A DNA stretch of 64,000 nucleotides from Parasitella parasitica NRRL 2501 (GCA_025201805.1 MU619284.1:117065-181064), one strand, 5' to 3'; shown: positions 40,553 through 53,451, numbered from the stretch's first letter. Notes: generated by a model from the sequence alone, not told the origin. Made by a program: numbers and translations.

Positions 40553-43018
40553 ATGATTGAAAAGCCATCCATTTCAGAGAATCAAACGAATTCAAGTCAA
40601 TATCGCAATGAATCTCATAAAATTGAGGAATTCGAAATATCAAGTGCACTTTCTTATCAGTCAGAGAATCTCAATCATGATTTAGAGAACAACATTCAAG
40701 AGGGCACTCATCGTGGGCTGGATGCTAGACATATTCAAATGATCTCGCTAGGTGGTGCAATTGGGTACGAGTGTTTGCATACATTTACAAGGTTTTTTTT
40801 TACTTAGCTTATGTTAATTGTTAGTACTGGTCTTTTCCTTAACTCTGGTGGTAACATCGCCGAGGTACAACGTCTTGCTTTCTTTTCAATATCTCTGTAG
40901 TACTCATTTAAATTGTTAATTTGATAGGCTGGTCCTGCTGGTGCTCTTATTGCTTATTGTGTTGGTAAGTCGTTGTTACACTTGAATCAGGAAATTGCGG
41001 CCATCTAATTTAATTGCAACTCACCTATTACTTTATCCACTCTCCAGTGGGCTTTATGGTAAAAGAGGAATTCCACACATGTAATCAAGATTGGAAAAAA
41101 AAAAGTCTAACCTTATCTTGATAAACTAGGTCTATTGTATCATGACATGTCTGGGCGAGATGGCTACATTTATGCCTGGTAAGACATTTGAAGATTGATC
41201 TATTGGCCAAAAGCTGTTGTATTTACATATCCATAGTATCTGGCTCATTCAATCATTATGCCACTCGTTTTGTTGAGCCTTCACTTGGGTTTGCCTTGGG
41301 CTGGAATTACTGGTAAGTTTTATTACAACCTGACGAAAAGTACCACATTACTAATTTGTTATTATGCATGCTGCAGGTTTTCTGTAAGTTACTGATTAAT
41401 ATTACTAATACTGTAAATACTTACTCTCTGTCCTAATTTGCTCTGGCTATTTTACCAATAGTGGGTAAGTTGGATCATACTTAATTTCTTGTTTTGAAGT
41501 GTTGATTAAATAATTTTGAAGTCTGTTACAATTGCTACTGAGCTTGCAGCGGCAGCTACAATCATCAAATTTTGGAAAGAAGTCTTGCCGGACGCTGCTT
41601 GGTCTACCATATTCTTGGTTATTATCGTTGCCGTCAACTTTTTGAGTGTCAGAATATACGGTGAACTTGAATATTGGTTTGCCATGATCAAGATTGTTAT
41701 TGTTATCGTCTTTATCATTGTGGCTATTCTTGTCACTGCCGGCGCTGTTGGTAGTGGAACCATCGGCTTCTCGTACGAGTAATCTAAATATAAACAAATG
41801 CAATTTAATAACGTTCTATTCTATAGATATTGGAATTCTCCAGGCGCATTCAATAATGGTGCGGTCGGCACTGTGAGTGTGCTTTTGTCAGCTGGCTTCT
41901 CTTTTCAGGGTACTGAAGTTGGTAAGTCAGCTCATCGCCCAGGAATACACATGTGATCACAATTTCTCACAAATAATGTTACAGTTGGTATCACCGCTGG
42001 TGAAGCAAAGAACCCTACAAAGACTGTACCTCGCGCTATCCGTAACACCTTCTGGCGTATCATCATCTTTTATATCTGCACCATTTTATTAATAGGAATG
42101 TGTATCCCTTACGACAATCCTGATTTACAAAACCCTGATGGTGGACCTGGCACCGCTTCATTCACGTTGGTCTTCAAACTGGCTGGAATTGAAGCTGGAG
42201 CTCATGTTATTAATGCCATTGTCCTCACCAGTGTTTTATCTGCCTGTAATTCCTCAATGTATACTACTTCTCGTACTCTTATGGGCCTTGCTCGTGACAA
42301 GAACGCTCCTGCCTTCCTTGGTCGTGTTAACAAATACGGCTCTCCCTTCTGGTAAGTTTTTCTCACGCATTTTTTCACACGGAATCTTACTCCTATGTAG
42401 GGCTGTTCTCTTTTCGTCAATCGTTGGCTTTGCTTGTGTCTTTGTTTCCATCTACAGGTAATGTCACCAGCGATTCTGTGTAACATTCGCTAATCCGCAA
42501 ATATCTAGTGCCGAGCAAGCTTTCGTGTGGTTCCTGAGCATCACTGCTGTCTCCGGGTTCATTTCCTGGGCCGGCATTGCTGGAGTCCACATTCGTTTCC
42601 GTCGTGCCTATCTTCGCCAAGGTAGAAGCATCGCTGATCTACCCTATAAAGCTATGGCTTACCCTTACAGTGGTTTGTTTGCCACTATCCTCTGTATTTT
42701 GATTGTTCTTGGACAAGGTTATGGTGCTTTCACCCCTCAGTTTGATGCTGTCACTTTCTGCACAAATTATATTGGTATTGTTCCTTTTTTCCTCTGTTAC
42801 TTTGGCCATAAGTTATATACCAGAGGCAAGGTTATTCCTTTGGAAGAAGTTGGTACGTAATTGGGCATTGTTGCTATATACATATAATTAACGGTCTCAT
42901 GTCGTCTCTTTTATTAGATTTCGAAACTGGCCGCGTTACTCGATTTGATATCGAAAAGGATAACGAAGTAGAATCTGAGGTCCCTCGTTGGAAGCGTGTT
43001 CTTGGATGGATCATCTAA
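40553..43018 (+). CDS. Amino acid permease (APC superfamily, YAT family), many exons including micro-exons
   Basis: [75 protein letters not shown]. Confidence 0.93.
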
Positions 43019-44639
43019 ATAACGCTGCCACATCTTACAACGTAATCGATCCCTTGTAATTTTTTCTTAGATATTTTTCACACATAAATAACCATTCTTA
43101 CTCTACGTGAAATACCCTATTATTTTGTATTCTAATAATATATGTGATGTATGATCATAATTTACAATAAATCCAGCTTTTCAATCGACCTATGTATCTG
43201 TGAGGACAATAATAGGGAATAGTTCCGATGAAACTACAAAACAAGCTCGAGTCTACTTTCGTTGATGATATGCTGAAACAAGATTTTGCTGATTTAACAT
43301 CATATGGTCCTATAGCAAGTATCAAATGTCATTAAGTACCCTTATTGTAGTCTCCAAGTAAGTTGTACAGCGCGTTTCTGCACATCTACTAGTATTAAAT
43401 AAGCCTTGGAGAAGCCTAAATTCAACAAGCTAGGGCCAATTTTATCTTTTAATACTAAACTTGGTTGTTTGCGTAGTTATTGAATCTGTGAAATCTCTTT
43501 GTTATTTCAGTTCTCTGCTAGACGCGTAAGTTTATTTTTTCTTATGTTTTTTGGCAGAGGTCTGATGTATTTTTACGAATTTCAAAGCAATAGATCTATC
43601 AGAAAAACTTGGTAAAAATAAATCAGGTAAAGATCCGTTTATTATATTCAAAATAGAGGGTTCATATACTTTCTACGAACTGAGGGAAGAGATGTAAGAA
43701 TAAAAGTTTCAGTGATGGGATCCGGGAGATATCATCCCGAACGTCATGTTATTATTTTCAGCTTCACATTGATAATATGTTACTTTGTGATCTGATGCTT
43801 TACTCTTTGATATGAGTTTATATTATATTGACATCCAATTTTTAAGAATTGATACATCAGCAAGAAAGAATATTTGTGATGATCTGTAACCAGACTATAC
43901 ATAAGCAGTAGACAAACTGCTCATCAAGAATCAAGTTAATTCTCAAGTCATGTAAATAAACTTACAACGCAGTTAAATGAACTGAAGGCTTTCGCTTTAT
44001 TAGTATAGCCAATTCAGGTTCAATTTCATTTAAACTGACATCCCAAGACCTAAATGTTCATGGCTTCCTTTTTACTGAAGAATAATAAAGGCACCCTACG
44101 TTCTCCATGGTTCCATTTATTGTAGTCTCTTGATACATTTATTGATTATAAAGTAATAGTACTTTTTCTAAATTACTCTCATGCACATTAGTGAATTTAT
44201 CTGTCGTTTATCTCCCATTACACAGTATTTATCTGATACTTGCCATCACTATTATCTTTAATCTATACACAACGTGAGCTGTGCGAGGCAGCATTTACAC
44301 TGGGTACAATTACAGATAGTGATCCTGTGTACAATTAGTAACACCAAACTCTTGTCTCTCACTAGTATCAGCCAGTGAAAATCAGAGAAAACACTAAAAT
44401 AAAATACTTTGTAAGATGTTGCTTTATTTAATGTTTGGATGAGGATCCTCTCATGGCTATGAATAATCTATTGCTATTTATACTGTATATGGAATCTAAA
44501 GATGAAGAAATATACTATGTATGAGTGACGAATAATTCTGACAGAAAGATTGAATGTAGGTGTTGATGAAGATAAAAGTTGGCACAACTGCGACATTAAT
44601 TGGTGTATCATGTAATGAAATGGCACCTATTATATAGCA

Positions 44640-44830
44640 CCACAATTACATTAAAATAAAATCCAGATGGATCATGGCTGATCCATCCAAGAAAGAAATA
44701 CATGAAAAGCACAAGTAAACATTAACAAGTGTTGGTAGAGGCTTGCACTCCTGATCAAAGTACAATCTCCTACAACCCTGGCACATGCTAATGTTGAACA
44801 ACGCTACTCATAATTACAAATAAACAAATT
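44640..44830 (+). mobile_element. Possible highly decayed Ty3/gypsy pol remnant
   Basis: Frameshifted PDG/IMADPSKKEI (RT C-terminal G-I-x-x-D-P-x-K-like) and ANVEQRYS (RNase H AERNYS-like); no YxDD motif seen. Confidence 0.22.
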
Positions 44831-46576
44831 CTAAACATGTATAAACAATGCAATTGTTAAAACAATTGCAATAATTCTAGATGCCAGAAATGGCTTGTTT
44901 ATTACACAATAAGGAAAGCTCAGTCGCATTAGAAATAATCAGGATCCTCAAATATGACAATCCTGCCCAAAACCATAGTATCAATTTCAATACCAACATA
45001 TCGAAATCTCAACTACAATACAAGTGAGAGAATGTCAACAAAAGTCATTCTTCAAATAAGCTGTAAAATAAGCATTCTCACTGTAGCGAGGCAATTTTAC
45101 AAGTAGTATAAATACAAGCTCTCTTAAAGATCATGTATCTTTTCTTCAGTTTTCTTTTAATCGAAAATAAAGGTGGAAAGACTATAATTGTATTTCTCTG
45201 GCTTTATTTTTTTTATTTTTTTTATTTTCACATAAAATTGATCCCAATTTTATTGCATATCATAGAAATAAAAAATTTATGCTCTACTTGTTCATAGGCA
45301 AGATCTTAAGTATCTAAATATACTTTCAGATAACTGAAATGTATATTAAAGTTTATATCATGAAATTGACATTAAAGTTGTACAATTAAGCGGTTTCGAT
45401 ACGAATGTACAAATCCTAATCTACGACACAGCCCAAGCATTCTCCCTGCAATGGAAATCCGGAACTATCACAATTATGAAACTACAAAATTATAGCCACG
45501 TAAACATAGAGCCATAAAATATTTGTCGAACAGGTTTTATTAGAACAAAAAATATCGACGTTTAAAAAACAGAGAAAGAATGGTTTTGTTCACTCTGGCT
45601 ACGATAAAGAGCAACATAAAGCCTGTTTTAGGCTTCATAAAAACAAGCATGATCATCGCTATCTGAGCATGGCTTGATTTTTACTGGGCGATGCCTCTAT
45701 CAAAACTTACCTGCAAAAACAATTTCATGTTCTTGGTTGTCGGAGTTGTAAATAAAACACGTGATGTAATGTGTGATTGAATGAAAATCAATCAATGCAC
45801 ATGCATTAACATCTTGATATATTATTTAGCACTGAAGTCGTAGAGCTCGATTTTAGGATGAAATAAAAACAATACTGAAATTTAATTTAGTGTGTTGTAG
45901 TGTACATTGAAAGTGATACTAGACTAAAATTATGGAGGTTATTATTATGAATTGTATCGATTTTGCAATAAAAGCAGGAGAGATGATTACATGAAACCCT
46001 ACTTTAAATTAATATATTAGATTAATTTTATAGGTATGATTTGCGATATGCTATTTTTGATTAAGGTGGAAACATCTGGAGCAAGTAACATGAACTTTTC
46101 TATAATAATATAAAGCTTGATTCACAACCCACAAAAAAATTTTACTTCAACCTCAAAATTCCCAAATCCGGTTTCAGTTTCTGATTAGCTTTTATGAAAG
46201 AATTATTTCGTTAGTTGAAGGCAATTTTGAAATGTTTAAAGGTTAGGATATATACAAAATTGTTTATTTGTTGGTTTTCGCGTTGTTTCAGCATTTACCA
46301 TATAATGTGTATATACAAAGCTTACACAGTAATATGAACATATACTTGTAACGATTGATGTTGTGCCAAATTAGAAATGCAAAGGTTAGGTTGCAATGAA
46401 CACGCTCAGATGATCGTTAAACCGTCTGGCCAAGGCAATGCGCTATGCAGTGCCTGTGAGTTTATTAAAAAGATGCATACAAATATCCTTATTTAGAACT
46501 ATTGTTGGAGAAATAGGGATGTATTTTTACCAAGGGTTTCTGCACTTTACTTTCGCGACTCTAAACGAAAATAGCG

Positions 46577-46584
46577 TATAAAAA
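46577..46584 (+). promoter_or_regulatory. TATA-like box upstream of the HSP20 gene
   Basis: TATAAAAA about 130 bp before ATG 46713. Confidence 0.45.
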
Positions 46585-46712
46585 GGACATCATTTACAAT
46601 ATGCCTGTTTCTTTTTATTACATTATCAATAAGTAAACTCTTCTGTAATCTTACTCTTCCCTCCCCCACCCTTCACTCCCCACTTTGATTATTCATCATC
46701 GTTACATTAAAC

Positions 46713-48080
46713 ATGTCCTATTCAAAGAACGAGAGATTCAATGACCTTGTAGAACGTCGCGTTGACAAGCTTTTTGGCGAATTCTTTACTGATTGTCCTA
46801 TAGGTCGCAAATCAGTCTCTGGTTGTCCTGCCATTGGCAATGGTAGCAAGTCGCCTGATTTATCTTCCAATTACGCCACTCGTTTTTTCACGGAATGTCC
46901 TTATGGTAAAAAGGCTACTACAGAATGTCCCTATGGCAAAGGAATCCTTGAAAAGACCAATAAAAATACGGATAGTCATTTTCATGACCTTGGTCATGCG
47001 CATAGTGGTATTGGCAAAACTCCTGAGTATGCTACCGAATTCTTTACTGAATGCCCTTATGGTCGACGTGTTGCCGATCAGTGTCCCTACGGCCACGAAA
47101 TTCTTGAAAAGGCTCACAAGAAGGTTCTAAATGCTCACCATGGGCATGGACACGGACACGGACACGGCCATGCTAGCCTTAGTGGCTATGCTGAGGAGTT
47201 CTTTATTGAATGCCCTTATGGAAAAAAGGCTGCCAGTCAATGTCCTTATGGTCAAGAAATCCTCAATAAAACTCACCAAAAGACTATGAAAGCACACCAC
47301 CATCATTATGGTAAACATGGTCATCCTGACTATTTAGAAGAATTCTTTACTGAATGCCCCTATGGTAAGAAGGCTGCTAATCAATGCTCTTACGGACATG
47401 AAATCCTTGAAAGGGCACGCAAATCTCCCAAGTCTCCCAAATCCCGTAATAGCAGCAGCGAACGCCCTGATTATGTAGATGAATTTTTCCTTGAGTGCCC
47501 CTATGGTAAAAAGGCCGCAGAAGAATGTCCCTACGGTCATGATCTTCTTGAGAAGGCTGGCGTCGAGGTGCCTCCATTGAAGAAGCACGATGAAGACTCT
47601 GTAAAGTGTCCTTTTGCTGATTTGGCATCTCCTGGAGAGAAATGCCCGGTCTCTGGTGCTGCTAATAATGCTTCTGCAACTACGGCTGGGAAATGCCCAG
47701 TTGGTGGCGTCCTACCTCAAAGCGAGAAATGTCCTATCAGCCCTAATTACAAAAAACCTTTCATCCCAGTTGTTGATTCTTACGAGACTGATGATGATTT
47801 CAAATTCTTTGTCGAACTTCCTGGTGTTAGCAAAGGTGATGTTAAGCTTGATATCAAGGACAAGATGTTGATCTTGTCTGGACAAGTAAGAACCGTAGCT
47901 GAAGAAATTAAGGGGAATGTTTGCTTTGCTGAGAGAACATTGGGCACTTTCTCTCGCTCTATTCTTCTTCATGACAATGTTTGTGTAGATAAAATTCAGG
48001 CCAAGTTGGAGAACGGTGTACTTTCGATTACCGTTCCCAAGAACGCTCCTTCTATCAAGAAATCCATCACTATCAACTAA
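46713..48080 (+). CDS. Small heat-shock protein (HSP20/alpha-crystallin domain) with long Cys-Pro/His-rich repeat N-terminus, intronless
   Basis: C-terminal alpha-crystallin domain: FIPVVDSYETDDDFKFFVELPGV...ERTLGTFSRSI...AKLENGVLSITVPK and I-x-I tail (ITIN). N-terminal FFxECPYG repeats. Confidence 0.92.
   Translation: MSYSKNERFNDLVERRVDKLFGEFFTDCPIGRKSVSGCPAIGNGSKSPDLSSNYATRFFTECPYGKKATTECPYGKGILEKTNKNTDSHFHDLGHAHSGIGKTPEYATEFFTECPYGRRVADQCPYGHEILEKAHKKVLNAHHGHGHGHGHGHASLSGYAEEFFIECPYGKKAASQCPYGQEILNKTHQKTMKAHHHHYGKHGHPDYLEEFFTECPYGKKAANQCSYGHEILERARKSPKSPKSRNSSSERPDYVDEFFLECPYGKKAAEECPYGHDLLEKAGVEVPPLKKHDEDSVKCPFADLASPGEKCPVSGAANNASATTAGKCPVGGVLPQSEKCPISPNYKKPFIPVVDSYETDDDFKFFVELPGVSKGDVKLDIKDKMLILSGQVRTVAEEIKGNVCFAERTLGTFSRSILLHDNVCVDKIQAKLENGVLSITVPKNAPSIKKSITIN
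46779..47555 (+). repeat. Six coding repeats FFxECPYG(K/R)(K/R)xxxxCPYGxxILEK
   Basis: FF codons start at 46782, 46884, 47040, 47199, 47343 and 47484 (spacings 102, 156, 159, 144, 141 nt); the first copy is degenerate. Confidence 0.95.
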
Positions 48081-48921
48081 GCCATCACTGACGCTTTGTA
48101 GTAGTTATCCGTATAAATATTATATATTTAATAATAAACTTTGGAAATACATACAAATATTACTATGACATACTTTCGTAAGAATTTAAGGCAAGGTTGC
48201 CTTTATTTGAAATGCTTGATGATGTTTAGTTGCTGTGTATGTTTTAATACCTCAAATATGAACATCACATCCTACAGACCAATTATATTGAACAAAATCG
48301 GTAGGTTCTTGGAAAAACAATGCGACTTGAGCTGAATTAAGCGCTGAGTAAGCTTAATTCTCATCATGTAGGCAAAACTCTATGCGACATTAGCAAGGGC
48401 ACTCGTTGTTTTATAATATGGAAATATCCTTGATTTACGAATGGAGAATTGATTTTAACAAGCACTACTTCATTCGTCGTAAAAATTCAATTAGATCTAT
48501 TCGACATGTATGAAGTCTTTTGGCATAGCACTGCCAAATGCGAGAAGTGACCGAGGATCCGTTTGTGTACCCTCCCCTCAAGCATAGTTGCAGTGTAATT
48601 AGCATTTATAATGGTTTTTATGACCAAAATAATTCTCACTCTTAAAATTACCCCACAAACAAAAAATGTTCAAGAATTGCTCAAACATGACAAATTAATA
48701 TGAATTAATGTAAATATAGTAAACCAAGAGCATTTCTTGCAATGATGACAGTTTTGGAGATGAAATGTCTACGGATTCTGCTATACAACGTCATTAAAAA
48801 AAAAAGGCAAACCGAATGCTCTATGCCACGTGATAGCGCTTTTCGATACTATATAAACTTTACTTAATTGCTTTCTTTTTCTTCTTCTATTCATTAAGCA
48901 CAATACAGCAATATAGTAGAA

Positions 48922-50218
48922 ATGTCTGTCGTCGATACAACCAAGATTTTCAAGCAAGATATCTTTAAAGGCAAAGTTTTATTATGCTCTGGTGGCGGTA
49001 GCGGTATTTGTCGTGGTATGACTGAAGCCATGGTAAAGCATGGAGCTACTGCTGTCATTTTCTCTAGAAGGTAAGTCCGCATCAACCCAATGCGCCTACA
49101 TGAATGCTGACTGTTGCGTCAAGCAAGGATAAGCTGGAAAAGGCTGCCAAGGAGATGAGTGCCAAAACGGGAGGCCAAGTAGTGTATGTTTTTGCGGATA
49201 TCAGTAAACATATGCCTTACCATTTGAATTAGGGCTGTTGCGGGCGATGTTCGTAACCCTGCAGACGTCGAGAATGCTGTCAAGGTTACTGTCGAGAAGT
49301 TTGGACGCATCGATTTCTTGATCAACGGTGCTGCTGGTAACTTTTTAGCAGCTTTCGATCATTTATCATACAATGCCTTCCGCACTGTCATTGAAATTGA
49401 TTTACTTGGTACCTTTAATCTTACAAAAGCCGCCTCTCAATACCTCAAGAAATCAAAGGGTGCCATCATTAATGTTTCTGCTACTTTGCATTACACTGGC
49501 ACACCTTTCCAGCAACATGCTGGTGCTGCTAAAGCTGCTATTGATGTTGGTGTCATATAATGAATGTGTTTGTGCGTCAGCTAATAAGAATTTATTTAGG
49601 CTTTGACCAAGCATTGGGCTGTCGAATTAGGTCCCTTTGGAGTCCGTAAGTTGAATGTAATTTTGCGTAAAATAGTATGTTAATTTTTTGCTCATAGGTG
49701 TCAATGGTAAAGAATATAAACTCGAATATGAGAAAATATAACGTATCAAACTAACCGCCCACCGCCCACTCTTTTTCTTCTTCTTTTAGGAATTGCTCCT
49801 GGACCCATTGTAAGTATGCTTTGGTGCATTCGATTGGAAGCAACGATAGTTTACCTCATTAAATATAGGCTGCCACTGTTGGTATGGAGAAATTAGGCCC
49901 CGCTTTTGATTTGACAGCTGTTCCTATGCAGGTAAGACAAAGCACCAGTAGACCAAGACGATATTCACGGCTAATGTTGTTTATTAGCGTATGGGTGAGG
50001 TTCAAGATATCGCTCACTCTACCATTTTCCTCTTTTCTGAAGGAGCTACATATATTTCTGGTGTTGTTCTCGTTGTTGACGGTAAGCTTGAAGTTTTGTG
50101 CCTATTCATTCAAATGTATCTTATATATTCTCCTATAATAGGTGGTGCATGGCTAAACCCAGCTTATCCTGCTTATCCCAATGTCGTCCTCGAACCTCCA
50201 CAGTTCAACAAGCTCTGA
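48922..50218 (+). CDS. SPS19: Peroxisomal 2,4-dienoyl-CoA reductase (SDR), multi-exon
   Basis: CSGGGSGIC, INGAAGNFL, EIDLLGTFN, HAGAAKAAID, GIAPGPI; PTS1-like C-terminus NKL*. Confidence 0.9.
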
Positions 50219-50426
50219 GCTATCTTATGTTGCATGCTTTTTTGATTTCATTTATTTATACTGAATTTCATTATTTTTATGACAATTAAAACACTTGCTA
50301 ATTACGCAACGATTTTAACCATATAGATAAAAAGTGATACTTTATTTACCCAATGAGGAATGATTTCGATATAATAATAATGTATGCAAGAGATTCAGGA
50401 ATGAAGTGAAAAAAAAAGGATAGCTA

Positions 50427-53400
50427 CTAAACGCCTTCTTTGACATGACCAAGCCATTGATAATAACTCATGGCAGAATAAGATGTATTTTTTTGACAGT
50501 GGGAGTCTGTAGCAAAATGCTGGCGGCCTTCGAGTAGGTGTGTCATAAACCAATATCGTAACATGGGCTCTCCATCTTCTCGTACAACATATAAAGATGG
50601 ATAGAAATTGCAGTGTCGTAAATCTGTACGAAGGTTTTTGATGATTCGACGCACTCTTTCTGAGAATGGATTGCTCAAGACTGGTAAAGATGGTACCTGT
50701 CCTGATTTTACTTGACTCACTTGTTGTACATTAAGTAAATCAGAGCATAACTGAGGGATTGCTTCTTTGCCGATCCAGATCAGAATACGTTGCCCGTTTT
50801 CTACAAGGTAACAGCCATGACGCTCTAGTTTTTCGCTAGACAGATTGACTGAGGGCGGCATTATACATCTCTCGTCTGAATCAAACGTTCCAGCCTATTT
50901 TAAGAGAGTCATTAATATACCCAAGAATATTAGCTGCATATAATTACGTTAATAGGCATATTATGGAGAGAATAGAGTCTAGGATAAACATATCTTGACC
51001 ATAAACTAGTGGGTAAGGTTCGCAGTAAAATGCCTGATTGAGTGGCAATGTTTGTAGGTACTATGCCTGTATCATTGAATGCTTCCTATAAAAACTTTTT
51101 ACATGAGAGTGTTTCCTACACAATCGAAATGATGCACTTACGCTCTTTAGTAAAGCCAACACCATGACTGGCAGTAAGCTGAGTGATCGACATACGTTGA
51201 GTTGAGCACTTTTAGAAGAGGCGACGCCAATGACCTCCTTGCTATATGCGTTACATATGGCCATTGTCTTATGTACTAGATACTCTTTACCATCTCTGAT
51301 TTTCAATGTCACAGCCTTATCCAAAGCTATATGTTGTGAACATGGTCGAGTTAGCAAAGTGAAGAAACTCATTATTATTAGTAAGAAATATACCTTGGTA
51401 GGCCATTGCCCTTACTGTGCTTTGTTGATCGACAGCATAAAACAGTTGTGTGATCTTTCTTGTAACAGGCAAACAAGTTGTCATGACACGAATGAGTCTC
51501 TCTCCGGCGCTCGACGTATACAACATACAAGTTTGAATATATGCTAAATCACCTTGAAGCTCCCTCTCGATGCAGAGATCGATGCAGTAACTCGCATCTC
51601 GCGGAACATTGGGCAAAACTAATATGTCTGGCAACTGAAATGAAAAGTTACCGTGGTACAATTTACATGCTAATCCAGGAGAGCATTTGGTTCGCAGGAT
51701 AGCTTCTAGACCCACTTCTTCCTTGACCAGCTTTTTGATCTCAAGCTTTAATTTTTCCCTATCGCCCATGTTGTTTGCATTGAATCCAGGATAATAGTGT
51801 GTTTGTCCTCCAGTGAACCTCGGTATGACATCTAGAAGTCGGTTCAGTCATTTACACATACACACATAAACAAAACTTACTCAGAGTTGCCACATCTATA
51901 TTCTGGCTACCAAAGACAAACAAATCAGCACAGACATGTGACCTAGTGCATTCCTCTGCAAATGATCTATAAAATTCACTCGTGGGCTCCAAGAGCAAGT
52001 TCTCGCCTGCTGCTGTAGTATTTTGTTTTTGAATGACAGTGGATGATAATGCACCAGCACCGATATCTGGCAAGCTAGCTTGAAAACAAATAATTTTGCC
52101 ACCTGTTGGAGACTTGATTATGTGTGTTAGGACTCCTGTACATAACCCATTCACAGAGACACCTACTAGTAGTTGTCGAGCTGCTTTCAGTGCAGAACCC
52201 AAGCAATTATTGTTTGTTGCAAACGATTCATTTGTAAACATCACCTTAAGTCTTTCGAGTAAATCCATAACAACTGATTTAGCTTCGTTTAGATTAACCA
52301 CCAACTCGGCGTGAGCACGAGGCAGATAAATGTCGTCAATGTCAGACATCATGAGCAACTCAGGCTCCTTGTTTCCGAGCCCATAAAAACCGATAGCATT
52401 GCTGACAGTGATGAATCCTATGCGAGCTCTACCGTCGTTATTTGGAATACGGTCAATGGATGCCATCAATGCTTCAGCAATCACAGGGATCATACCCGTA
52501 TGGATGGCTTGCTTTGTAGTATCAATAACAAATACGTACACAGGGGGCTGTGGTGGTCTTGACATGAACTCAGAGGAAGCCACATAGTCTACACAACCAT
52601 AATTTAGTTCAGGTGTGCTCCAACGATCTGCTTTTTGTCGAGTGATATGGTCCCAATCGTAAGCAGGAGGAACTATGCGTTTGTTTCGGCTATCAGTGCA
52701 TATGTTGCAAAAGGGCGTTTACCACATGTGCTTACCATTATTGTCATCATATTCACAGATATTACATTGCCATTTTAGGCCGCCTTCGATAAACTGGATG
52801 AATGGATTAATGAAGGATTTGCAGCGTGTACAACGGGTAATAGTCCCATGTGAGATGACGGGGATTTGATTATGGTTTTGCCCGTGAGGCTGTACTCTTG
52901 AATATGGCTCCAGCAGTATCGACAATGGCAGCCTTGATTTTTTCAGAAGGCTATTGCTGTATGGTATGGCGTTTAAAGTACATCGTTGATACGTGGGCGC
53001 ACATTGAGCATCATCTGACATGGTAACAGACGCCTACATGGTGTGAAATAAAGTTAATATTTCAAGATAAGCATAACACACATTCACATTACACTAGCTG
53101 GAATTCTGGGCACAGGTAATGGTAATTCGAAATCAGAAATCATAGGGGCACTTCCCAACAGAGGAACATCGAATCCTTTGTTGATAGTTACAGGTGATGT
53201 GAGTGACATCTTAGAAAGATGCTCCAGCGCTTTATCATGATTCATGCTAGGAGAAGATTGATACTGTTGCCTATTACTGTTGGATTGTTGCATTGGCTGT
53301 ATATTTTCATTGATTGGGTACAGCCGTCTTGATTTTTTTGTTGAGTTGTCATGGTAACCAGTCTGCTGTGGGTATAGAAGAGCTATGTATATATGTCTAA

Positions 53401-53451
53401 AGTTTAGCACAAAAGATAACGCCCTAGCTACGTTAATAATACTCTACCCAT
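50427..53451 (-). CDS. SEC24: COPII coat subunit Sec24-like, multi-exon
   Basis: RCTLNAIP...SRLPL, zinc finger CTRC...WQCNIC, PVYVFVID trunk domain, GERLIRVMT, gelsolin-like domain GCYLVENGQ, SYYQWL. Confidence 0.9.

Noticed and set aside
46779-47555. Repeat-spacer pattern resembling a CRISPR array
   Set aside because: Eukaryotic context; all units are in frame and vary at synonymous positions, so it is a protein repeat.
50200-50240. Stop-codon readthrough producing a cryptic PTS1 in SPS19
   Set aside because: The protein already ends in PTS1-like NKL, and the stop context is TGA-G rather than the TGA-CTA readthrough motif.
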